This document shows positions 19,678 to 27,445 of a DNA stretch of 36,207 bases, piece by piece (position 1 is the stretch's first letter; each line of letters opens with the position of its first letter). The stretch spans positions 1 through 36,207 of IMG/VR virus record IMGVR_UViG_3300031627_000004; one strand, written 5' to 3'. A program made the translations under genes and the position numbers. The notes under the pieces are model-generated. The model was not told where the DNA came from. It worked only from the letters and a program-made list of their open reading frames with translations, and ran no database searches. The stretch is from a virus. Taxonomy: Duplodnaviria > Caudoviricetes.

Positions 19678-20310
19678 TTATGTCGTATATCTAGTTGCTC
19701 TTAGTAAGTAATGTTCTGTTCTCATGCCGAAGCCGATACGGACATCACGTACTGCTCTAACAAGCCATTGATCATTTGTCTGTATATCAGTTGCAATGTC
19801 ATTAGCTTGTGGAGTCCAAACCTCTTCACGATCAATACGCACATATGCTGCGTCCATTTCGTGTGTGCCTTGATTTATAGCTGGGTAGTTTGGTTGACCC
19901 GAAAAGCTGAACCAAACAGGGCGACTAGAGGCAACCACAACGCGAACCAAATTCGGTGTACCATCAGCGCTCACAGACTGTAAGGATACAGTTGGGACGG
20001 CTGCTTCAGCAGCCAAGCCAGTAGTCGCAATTCCAGTAATGGTTGCAAACTTTGTAGTAGATACTTCTGTGCCATTAGCTGTGAAAGTGAGTGTTTGGCT
20101 AACAACCGCACCAGCGTTATCTGTCCCTGTAATTGTGACCGTGCCGCTACCAGTGGTGCCCCCAGCAATGGAGACTTCTACATAACTACCCCCTTCTGGG
20201 ATAGAGTAAGTAGCAGTCATGGACGCTGTGGCAGTTGTAGCAGCCATCAAGTATGCTGTACGCCTACTGAAAGTAAACCAGTGTGTCGCAAGCCCAGAGG
20301 GAATAGCCAT
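19678..20310 (-). CDS. Putative head-closure / head-tail joining protein with a Thr/Ser-rich inserted domain (210 aa)
   Basis: C-terminal beta pattern (NDIATD...QWLVRAVRD...HYLLRA) like SPP1 gp16-type stoppers; inserted GTVTITGTD.AG..VSQTL...TKFATIT segment seen in phage virion proteins; lies between adaptor and neck genes. Confidence 0.5.
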   Translation of the reverse strand: MAIPSGLATHWFTFSRRTAYLMAATTATASMTATYSIPEGGSYVEVSIAGGTTGSGTVTITGTDNAGAVVSQTLTFTANGTEVSTTKFATITGIATTGLAAEAAVPTVSLQSVSADGTPNLVRVVVASSRPVWFSFSGQPNYPAINQGTHEMDAAYVRIDREEVWTPQANDIATDIQTNDQWLVRAVRDVRIGFGMRTEHYLLRATRYTT

Positions 20311-20312
20311 GT

Positions 20313-20936
20313 TTAATCCCCTTTATAGTGACGTCGAATATTAGCAGTCATTGGATCTTCTTTTATCAAAGAGTTGGAATGGCTAGTAAACTTTGGATTT
20401 TGCCAAGACCGACCCACCCTGGAAGATTTACTTTTAAATAAAGCGTGCTCTTCTATATATTCAGAATGGTAACCAATTTCATACCAATCAACCTTGAGTG
20501 ATGGTTTTTGCTTGGTTTCCCAAGCATCTTTTTTAACATCCCAAATATGTTGAGTGCTTGGATACCCCCACCTTTTTACGTAAGCCCTCTTCTCTTGGGC
20601 TTCGTGAATACCCCAGTTAATCCTTTCCATACTCCTAACGACTTCTACCTTTGGCCTACGAATCCACACGATAGCGCAATCTTTATTTTCAGGTATCAGA
20701 TCAATCCTTGAAGACAAGGCTGGTGCTTGCAGCACAAACGATCCGTTTTCCCCCAAGAGTCTGTATACTTCATGCCAATCGTTCGCTATGTCAGTTTCGT
20801 CAACCCAAGTGAAATTAAATTCTTGAGCTAACATTTGCGAGAAAATTGTCGTCCCTGATCTTTGGCACCCGCTGACAATTAGCTTGCTGTACTTAGATAA
20901 AGATTGGATTACTTCTTTGCGTGTATTTAATCTCAC
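20313..20936 (-). CDS. PAPS-dependent sulfotransferase family protein (207 aa)
   Basis: 5'-PSB loop IVSGCQRSGTT and 3'-PB motif VWIRRP..VVRSM; GTGA overlap with the upstream gene. Confidence 0.8.
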   Translation of the reverse strand: MRLNTRKEVIQSLSKYSKLIVSGCQRSGTTIFSQMLAQEFNFTWVDETDIANDWHEVYRLLGENGSFVLQAPALSSRIDLIPENKDCAIVWIRRPKVEVVRSMERINWGIHEAQEKRAYVKRWGYPSTQHIWDVKKDAWETKQKPSLKVDWYEIGYHSEYIEEHALFKSKSSRVGRSWQNPKFTSHSNSLIKEDPMTANIRRHYKGD

Positions 20937-21448
20937 TTTTCTTTTTTATCAGCTTTCTTTGTCGCCACTGGGGGCTTAGGTGTTGCTGCCTTTGGTTTTG
21001 GTGCGGAGAGGGGCACCCATTTCTTACCATTGTATTTTTGGACTACTGTTTCTTTACCTAATGGGGCAACAACTCTCAAAGCTTCATTCTCAGTACCGAA
21101 TCGGTAAACATTCCTTGAAGGGCTTTTATCGTATGCCTTGAGCATTGCCTCGGATGTTGGCCCTGGAGGGTTACTGCCGACATAAACAATAGTGCGCCTA
21201 GGGCGGTTGGATAGACACTCGGCCATGTCCTTGTCGTTATCTCCCCAGACAACAAGAAAAGTATTACCGCTATAAAAAGAGGTTTTCTTTTCGGCCAAGC
21301 AACCCACCTTTCCAACACAGACGCCTCCCTTGTGGTCATCAAAGGTAACTACGCAATTTGCAGACATTAGACCATCAGCAAGGCTTCCTTCAAGTTTCAG
21401 CCCAGCGGGAACGATCCCAATATATTCATTACTACGGTGGAAAAGCAT
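20933..21448 (-). CDS. Hypothetical protein with Lys/Pro/Ala-rich tail (171 aa)
   Basis: AGGAG RBS; tightly packed between dehydratase and sulfotransferase; no recognisable family. Confidence 0.75.
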   Translation of the reverse strand: MLFHRSNEYIGIVPAGLKLEGSLADGLMSANCVVTFDDHKGGVCVGKVGCLAEKKTSFYSGNTFLVVWGDNDKDMAECLSNRPRRTIVYVGSNPPGPTSEAMLKAYDKSPSRNVYRFGTENEALRVVAPLGKETVVQKYNGKKWVPLSAPKPKAATPKPPVATKKADKKEK

Positions 21449-21456
21449 GTTTTCTC

Positions 21457-22494
21457 CTATGCTATAGGTGTGACTGTGTAATTAGAAACATATACGCTTT
21501 CTATATTCTTGTATGATTGCAAGAGTGCGGAAAGCTCATATTCATCTAAAATATTTCTTTTTGGTCGCCAACCAAATTCCTTGAAAAACCTATCCCCGCA
21601 AACGTGGTAAGCTTCATCTTGTCCTGGGCGGTCGCCAACAGCCTTCCATGCAGGAGTGTTGGGTGCTGGCAAGTTTTTTGTTTTGATTAAAGTGCAGGCT
21701 AGGTTCTCAACAAGATCTTTAACTGTAGCGCTAGTAGGTCCAGCAATATTGTAGGTATCATGCTGCAAAGCGCCCGAAACGAGTTTGAACCCAACTGCGA
21801 TCAAGGTATCTGCAAATTCTGAAACATGAACCCACTGCCTAATTTGACTGCCCCCACCATGCAGGGGAACCTTCTTGTTAGACTGTAATGCTTGGCAAGC
21901 AATAGGGATTAGTTTTTCGGGGAATTGATTTGGGCCGAAAGAATTACAGCCCCTAGTAATAGCAAACTGCAAACCAAAGCTTCTACCTTCTGCACGAATC
22001 GCCAACTCACCCGCCGCTTTCCCTGCGCTGTAGGGGCTGCTTGGATATAAGACATCTCCTTCTCCTTTCTTTTCAGTGGTTCCATTTTCGAAAATAACAG
22101 AAGGGCCATACACTTCGTCAGTACTGCAATATAGCAGTGGGATTTTGTGGTAAGAGCAAGCTGTTGCGACAACCTGTGTACCTACAGCGTTCACATACAT
22201 TGTACCTGAACTATCCTTTAGGCTTTCGTCTACGTGTGACTGGGCTGCTAAGTGCATAACTAAATCAATTGGAGTTCCATTTGAATATGCTGATACAATT
22301 GCTGTGTTTACATCATTAGGCTCGCAAACATTTCCAATAACAAGCTTTGCAATCTCAGAAACACGGGCCTTCCCCGTAGCCGTCTTATCTAAGGCATCTA
22401 AAACCCATATAGATGCTGTGCGTGGGTTTAGGGCCAAACGCTCAACTAAGTGCTGACCAATAAATCCACAACCGCCTGTTACCAGAATATTCAT
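21457..22494 (-). CDS. rmlB: dTDP/UDP-glucose 4,6-dehydratase (extended SDR, RmlB-like)
   Basis: GGCGFIG NAD-binding motif, HLAAQSHVD, catalytic STDEVYG and YSAGK, GPNQFPEKLIP, DRPGQD. Confidence 0.92.
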   Translation of the reverse strand: MNILVTGGCGFIGQHLVERLALNPRTASIWVLDALDKTATGKARVSEIAKLVIGNVCEPNDVNTAIVSAYSNGTPIDLVMHLAAQSHVDESLKDSSGTMYVNAVGTQVVATACSYHKIPLLYCSTDEVYGPSVIFENGTTEKKGEGDVLYPSSPYSAGKAAGELAIRAEGRSFGLQFAITRGCNSFGPNQFPEKLIPIACQALQSNKKVPLHGGGSQIRQWVHVSEFADTLIAVGFKLVSGALQHDTYNIAGPTSATVKDLVENLACTLIKTKNLPAPNTPAWKAVGDRPGQDEAYHVCGDRFFKEFGWRPKRNILDEYELSALLQSYKNIESVYVSNYTVTPIA

Positions 22495-22943
22495 TACTTG
22501 CCCATTCTCTCTTCAAGCAATGAGACAACGCTTTTTCTTGTCTTACCAGCGTTTTCTGCATCTAAAAGTGCTTGCAAGTCATTGTCATAACCACCCGTTC
22601 GGATCAGCTTTTCAATCACTTTTACGCTACTGTCAAGTAAGCTCAAGTCGGTGACTGGTGCTTTGCTTTTAGCCTGTGGCTTTGCTTTCTTCACCACTGG
22701 CTTAGCCGCTGGCGCTACTGCCTTGGGTGCTGGTGAGCTTTCTGCGCCCCCTAATTTAGCTTGTAGTGCGAGTCCCGCTTTGCGCCAACCATTGTCGATA
22801 AGGGCGCTTATTACCCCAGACCGCTTAGTGCAGATACACCAATAGCCGCTGTTGCGCCTTGCCTTGATTACTGCCATTGGTAAAAACACTTCCAAAACCC
22901 CAGAAGGATCTCCCTCCTCAACTCGCTTTACAAAATGTGGCAT
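22494..22943 (-). CDS. Hypothetical head-region protein (149 aa) with Lys/Pro/Ala linker and small C-terminal helical domain
   Basis: One-base overlaps on both sides; C-terminal LLDAENAGKTRKSVVSLL motif is common in small proteins next to phage capsid genes. Confidence 0.7.
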   Translation of the reverse strand: MPHFVKRVEEGDPSGVLEVFLPMAVIKARRNSGYWCICTKRSGVISALIDNGWRKAGLALQAKLGGAESSPAPKAVAPAAKPVVKKAKPQAKSKAPVTDLSLLDSSVKVIEKLIRTGGYDNDLQALLDAENAGKTRKSVVSLLEERMGK

Positions 22944-23512
22944 CAGTTACTCTCCTTTGGAAATATTCTCTTATATTTAGCCAAAATACCTTCGGCTGCT
23001 GGTGGTAGGTAATTCTCTGAAACCCTGTATGAGTACCCACTCCCTGACTCACTTCTCATCCCCGCATGTCTACCAACATTAAAGTGGTAAGCGCAAATAA
23101 GGGAGGCTGCATAAGACAAATCGGCAGGAACCGTAGCATATCCGTAAGTATAAGTTACTTCTATATTTTGCCTGCCTGTGGGAAAAAATGAACCACTCTT
23201 CTTAAGTGCTAAAAGCCCGCTCCTTGGTTCAAAGTACCAAGATGAAGTAGATAGTGTTGATCCAGCACTTTTCACTGCCGCAACAGCAGAAACTGGAAAA
23301 TTCCTTAGCGTAAATTGGTTTTCAGCACCGCCGCTAATATTATACGCTTCATCGGTAACGGTCGTTTGCGTAAGGGCAGCCATTCCTGAGTATGCGATGA
23401 TTTGCTGATCTGCTACTTCTAGCAAAGTATCAATAAAATCATCGTGCATTGTTACGGCGCTAGGCACCCCTAACAATCGCTTCACGTTTACTCTTGTGGT
23501 TAAGTCTGCCAC
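22943..23512 (-). CDS. Head-tail connector / adaptor (HK97 gp6, phiE125 gp8-like, 189 aa)
   Basis: LTT...VKRLLG...DDFIDTLL, LRNFPVSAV, NIEVTYTYGYATVPADL; GTG start with AGGAG. Confidence 0.85.
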   Translation of the reverse strand: MADLTTRVNVKRLLGVPSAVTMHDDFIDTLLEVADQQIIAYSGMAALTQTTVTDEAYNISGGAENQFTLRNFPVSAVAAVKSAGSTLSTSSWYFEPRSGLLALKKSGSFFPTGRQNIEVTYTYGYATVPADLSYAASLICAYHFNVGRHAGMRSESGSGYSYRVSENYLPPAAEGILAKYKRIFPKESN

Positions 23513-23524
23513 CTATGCTCCCTG

Positions 23525-24016
23525 TTAATCTGTGGTAACCAGTCGGTATTTGTACCCACGGTTTGATGCTCGCCCTTTCATCATCCCGTAAATGTTGCAC
23601 TCAACTAACTTGCGATCCATCAATGTCTTAATAGCTGTACGCCACTCGGTATCTTTGAAAGTGCTTTGCCCAGTTATGAATTTTTTGTTGTGCCACTCAC
23701 CGTCTTCCAATGCAGCTAAAATCTGGCGCTGACTATCGGTTGTAGCCTCGATACGGGTTGAGTCAAGCTGGGCCGACCACTGGGGCGTAAGATCCATCCA
23801 GCCAGTGCAGCAAGCACGATCTCTGGCGTCCTTTGTTTTCAAGAAAAGCATATGGTAGAGCTTAGAGCTGAATTCAATCAGCCTACTATCTTCGTTTTCA
23901 GCATAAGAGTGGAATTCATACGCTTGTGCATCGAACAGTTCAGTGTTTAAATCTGTACGCGCAACAACAAAATTATAAGTTTCTTCTCTAGGTACCGTAG
24001 TTTTAATAGCGGGCAT
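23525..24016 (-). CDS. Protein with C-terminal winged helix-turn-helix (163 aa)
   Basis: QRQILAALEDG...WRTAIKTLMDRKLV...GYKYRL helix/wing pattern; GGAGG RBS. Confidence 0.6.
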   Translation of the reverse strand: MPAIKTTVPREETYNFVVARTDLNTELFDAQAYEFHSYAENEDSRLIEFSSKLYHMLFLKTKDARDRACCTGWMDLTPQWSAQLDSTRIEATTDSQRQILAALEDGEWHNKKFITGQSTFKDTEWRTAIKTLMDRKLVECNIYGMMKGRASNRGYKYRLVTTD

Positions 24017-24061
24017 TTATAACCTCCAATGCTTGTTTGGGTCTAACTGTATCAGAAATAC

Positions 24062-24095
24062 AAAAGCCTAGCCAACTATTAGAGTTGACTAGGCT
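24062..24095 (-). terminator. Rho-independent terminator after the major capsid gene
   Basis: 13-bp stem AGCCTAGTCAACT/AGTTGGCTAGGCT (one G-U), 5-nt loop, then a short T run. Confidence 0.75.
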
Positions 24096-24119
24096 AATAT
24101 ATCAGCAAACATTCGTTTA

Positions 24120-25124
24120 CTAAACGGCAATACCACCAAGGATAGCACCGCCAAGAGTATTCCCGTAAACCAGTGCGCCATCCCAAAAGATGTCGAACTG
24201 TTCAAACTGGGAATCATCGCGAGCCAATGGCATCATCGTTGTAGGGGTAAGCTCCTCCATCCAACTGTACCGCTTATTCATTACTACAAGAGCGGTCGTT
24301 GCAACAGCCGACGCTGCTCCAGTGTACGCAGTAATGGCAGTCCCTGACCATACCATATCGTCAGTGATACCCGTACTAACTACGATTGGGATACCATCGT
24401 ATGAACGGACTCGGAAGCCAGCAGCAATCTCAACCATGTCATCAAAGCGCTGACGAGAAGATAGCGCAGCATTAAGCTTACGTGCCCCCGAATAAGACGC
24501 ATAGATAACAAGGTCAGCACGCGAACCGCCACCCTTGACTCGGTCAATGGTTTCATCAAGCTTTGCAAGCGTAAGGCTATCACCAGCGGCAAGCGAGGTG
24601 TTAGCAACAACCTGTGAAGTTACAGCACCGATAAGCGTAAACGCTCCATCGATTTGTGTAGCCAAAGCTCCTGCATCACCAAGGAACAACGCACTTTCAA
24701 GCTTGTTGTTGAAGTCATCAAGCTTCCAAGTCATTTCTTCAGCAAGGATATCCACATAACTGCGGCCACGGGCACGCATCTTGCGGGTAACTTTACCTCG
24801 GGTGACGAGGGTTTGGTACGTGAATGTCTCCTGAGTATAAGCACCAGAAGATTCCGACACAGTAGCCGTATCTGCGATCCAAACACTTGCAGAAGTCATC
24901 GCAGAGCCAGAACGGCGATTGATGATTGCCTGCGAACCTTGTCCTGGACGACGCGATAAAGTACCAAGGGCACCAAACTCACGTTGAGTAAGCTGCTGAA
25001 TGATTTTATTCACGTAGTTCTGGATCAGGGTTGTTCCAGCGTTAGCCACGGTAATTGAACGTTGGAAAGCCTCACGGCGATCACTGTCTAGGTTAGCCCA
25101 CTTTGGGGAAATAATACCGCTCAT
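24120..25124 (-). CDS. Major capsid protein, HK97 fold (about 334 aa)
   Basis: After the protease/scaffold; GGAGG RBS points to ATG 25124; LESALFLGD...IDG and SYDGIPIV motifs; followed by a terminator. Confidence 0.9.
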   Translation of the reverse strand: MSGIISPKWANLDSDRREAFQRSITVANAGTTLIQNYVNKIIQQLTQREFGALGTLSRRPGQGSQAIINRRSGSAMTSASVWIADTATVSESSGAYTQETFTYQTLVTRGKVTRKMRARGRSYVDILAEEMTWKLDDFNNKLESALFLGDAGALATQIDGAFTLIGAVTSQVVANTSLAAGDSLTLAKLDETIDRVKGGGSRADLVIYASYSGARKLNAALSSRQRFDDMVEIAAGFRVRSYDGIPIVVSTGITDDMVWSGTAITAYTGAASAVATTALVVMNKRYSWMEELTPTTMMPLARDDSQFEQFDIFWDGALVYGNTLGGAILGGIAV

Positions 25125-25126
25125 TT

Positions 25127-25654
25127 CTACCTCCAACCGTTACGGCTTTCAGGTTCACTAATTACACCATCAATAAAAGCAGCTTCAAGTACAGATCGTA
25201 GATCTCTCTCAAGGGAGCTTCGTGATGGCAACTCTTCGATACTCTCAACACTTCGTCGCTCAGCCTGCTCTTTACATACAGCAGCCAAGGCACTAGCGCC
25301 ATTTTGGCCTTCATCCATTGCGCGAACAAACTCACCTAAACGGCCAGGTTGGCACGAACGAATGTCGTTCGGACTATGGGCAAAACCGTTACGGACTGGG
25401 CGTTCTGCCATCCGTACAAGCTTTCCTTCCATAGCTTCAAGGCGAGCGCGAAGATCTGCTTCTACGCTTGACTGTGCTACTTGTGCTTTAGGTGCAGTTT
25501 CCTGCACGGGTTCTTTGATTTGCGCCATGTCCCGCTCTACGAGCTTACCGAGAAGATCTTGCATAGCATCCATGCTTCGGGCGATTGACCCTAGCGTGTT
25601 TGCTTCATTACTCTCAGTGACAGGCGCGGTTTCTTCGATTTTTACATCGCTCAT
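25127..25654 (-). CDS. Probable nested in-frame scaffolding protein (175 aa)
   Basis: GAGG 8 nt before in-frame ATG 25654 (MSDVKIEE...); acidic, coiled-coil-like product. Confidence 0.55.
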   Translation of the reverse strand: MSDVKIEETAPVTESNEANTLGSIARSMDAMQDLLGKLVERDMAQIKEPVQETAPKAQVAQSSVEADLRARLEAMEGKLVRMAERPVRNGFAHSPNDIRSCQPGRLGEFVRAMDEGQNGASALAAVCKEQAERRSVESIEELPSRSSLERDLRSVLEAAFIDGVISEPESRNGWR

Positions 25655-27364
25655 GGCGCGTTCCTCTTGTTTTAGGTTCTTGACTGTATCAACTTTCACT
25701 TCTGCGCCTCGTAGTGCGTCTTGCTTGAAAGATTTTTCACCCATATTAGCATCGCTGTCAAGTGGAACTGTGTCCTCTTTATTGCGAGATTCTTCTGGTG
25801 TGAACTCAGGCTCCTCTTTTACAGGCTCAGCGCTATCGCAAGAACTTGCATGGGTAACCGTATTTTCTTTACGGTAATCACTTTGGGTGACTACTTCTGG
25901 TGGTGGACTAGAAAGCGTGACCACATCGTCTTCTAAAGGAAGATCTTCTTCTTCTTCAGGCAAATCGTCATCTTCTATAGCCGTAAACTTCTCAAGATAT
26001 CTTTCGAGGTTACCCCTCACTTCTTCTAGATCTTCATCTGGAATCCCAGGAGAATCGCCCCCTAGGCGCTCGGCAACCATCTGTAATTTATCATAAAAAA
26101 CATGCAATGAACCGTCTTCAGAAGAACCATCATCTGGCGCATCTGGATCATACATTCTTGCAATACCTAATTTATAGGAGTCCATTTGCTCTGGGCGATC
26201 TTCATCAAACCAAAGGAAAGCTTTACGGTAACGGTCCCAGTCTGGGTCACCGCCATAAAGGGTTCCTAAGATGTTTTGCTTCAATTCTAGAAGCTGAGAA
26301 GGGTTACTGCTATAATTGAAATCGGTTGGTGCAAGCGGAAGATTAGCAAACTCTGTCGCAGCCCTAATCGCATCTGGAGCGCCAGAAACACGTTCATCTG
26401 GGTTCACTGGGCCATCGTCTACAATCTCTTCAACTTCGGCATTTGGTGGCGCGATAAGTTCTTCCCCGCTTTCTACAACTAGAGATTCGCAAACATAAGC
26501 GGGGTTGGCGGTAAATTCATGAGCACTACACCAATTAGTTTCTCCGAAGTTTTTGCAAGTCCCGCAACGCTTAGTAACGTCAATGCTAACCCTGTAATCT
26601 GGGGCGTCTAAGATAGAGCGTGAATCTTTTACCGCGACACTAACATTGCGTGCCATTTCCGAAATCCAGCTATCTGGATTACTCGGCCTTCGCGTCACAG
26701 CAAGGTGATCAAGCTCAACACCATTGATGATCACGCGATCAACTTCGTCTTCAGAATTCGTAATCACTTCCATCTCCGTAAACCAGCCACCAATAGAGCA
26801 ACCAACTGTTGCACCTTGGTTTAGTAAAGACACCAACCGCTTAGCTCTATTATCCTGCTTGTACAAAGAAGTAGTGACTTTAAGTAAGTAGCCACTACCT
26901 ACCCCATCAGACATGGCATCGTTTAACACATCCCCCTGCTCAACTGAGGCGTCGATGGTTACGCCAAAAACCTGATCCCACTCATCTTCATAATGCCCTG
27001 GGACATAGGGGATGCCATTCTTGAACTGCTGCGCCATCCCGTGCAGCGCGGTCAAGCTCATCTCTGTGCCATGCCAATCAACACTAGTTGAACTAGCGAT
27101 CCCTTCAATTAAGATCGAGTCCCCTTCTTCCCCGTTGAGGAGGGTTGGGGACTTTTCACCACCATCAGATCCGATCTCTACTCGACGGACTTGCATTGGT
27201 AAAGTTCCAGTACAAGGGATTCGGCAACGCCCAACCCACTTGGACAATCCTCCCTCTTCACTGTCTTTATTAAAGTCCAGTGTGTACTTCTTTTCGCCGA
27301 TTGGTAATTCTATGCGCAGTTTCATATCCATTTCCGAGTAAAACTGCGCCTTGTTTGGCGTCAA
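25127..27364 (-). CDS. Prohead maturation protease (HK97-type) with accessory domains and C-terminal scaffold region; true start may be ATG 27331 or 27325
   Basis: IEGIASSTSVD...GHY...GCSIGG...LDHLAVTRRPSNP protease motifs, then a Cys4 motif, a DWDRYRKAFLWFD domain, an acidic linker and a helical tail. Confidence 0.85.
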   Translation of the reverse strand: MTPNKAQFYSEMDMKLRIELPIGEKKYTLDFNKDSEEGGLSKWVGRCRIPCTGTLPMQVRRVEIGSDGGEKSPTLLNGEEGDSILIEGIASSTSVDWHGTEMSLTALHGMAQQFKNGIPYVPGHYEDEWDQVFGVTIDASVEQGDVLNDAMSDGVGSGYLLKVTTSLYKQDNRAKRLVSLLNQGATVGCSIGGWFTEMEVITNSEDEVDRVIINGVELDHLAVTRRPSNPDSWISEMARNVSVAVKDSRSILDAPDYRVSIDVTKRCGTCKNFGETNWCSAHEFTANPAYVCESLVVESGEELIAPPNAEVEEIVDDGPVNPDERVSGAPDAIRAATEFANLPLAPTDFNYSSNPSQLLELKQNILGTLYGGDPDWDRYRKAFLWFDEDRPEQMDSYKLGIARMYDPDAPDDGSSEDGSLHVFYDKLQMVAERLGGDSPGIPDEDLEEVRGNLERYLEKFTAIEDDDLPEEEEDLPLEDDVVTLSSPPPEVVTQSDYRKENTVTHASSCDSAEPVKEEPEFTPEESRNKEDTVPLDSDANMGEKSFKQDALRGAEVKVDTVKNLKQEERAMSDVKIEETAPVTESNEANTLGSIARSMDAMQDLLGKLVERDMAQIKEPVQETAPKAQVAQSSVEADLRARLEAMEGKLVRMAERPVRNGFAHSPNDIRSCQPGRLGEFVRAMDEGQNGASALAAVCKEQAERRSVESIEELPSRSSLERDLRSVLEAAFIDGVISEPESRNGWR

Positions 27365-27445
27365 TAAACTGAATGTATCATACTAGTTCTATTGGCACAA
27401 GGATAACAGTAGTTCGTTACTTAGCTGGTAATACAGTATTTTCCA

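Noticed and set aside
15360-22172. Alternative-frame minus-strand ORFs nested in larger genes (15360, 16855, 19971, 21076, 21909)
   Set aside because: Fully overlapped by better-supported CDSs; no motifs recognised.
16727-22494. Host O-antigen/EPS locus, seroconversion moron or DNA hypermodification cluster
   Set aside because: No flippase, polymerase, membrane GT or base-modifying enzymes are present, and the genes are coupled to and interleaved with structural genes. Disfavoured, not excluded.
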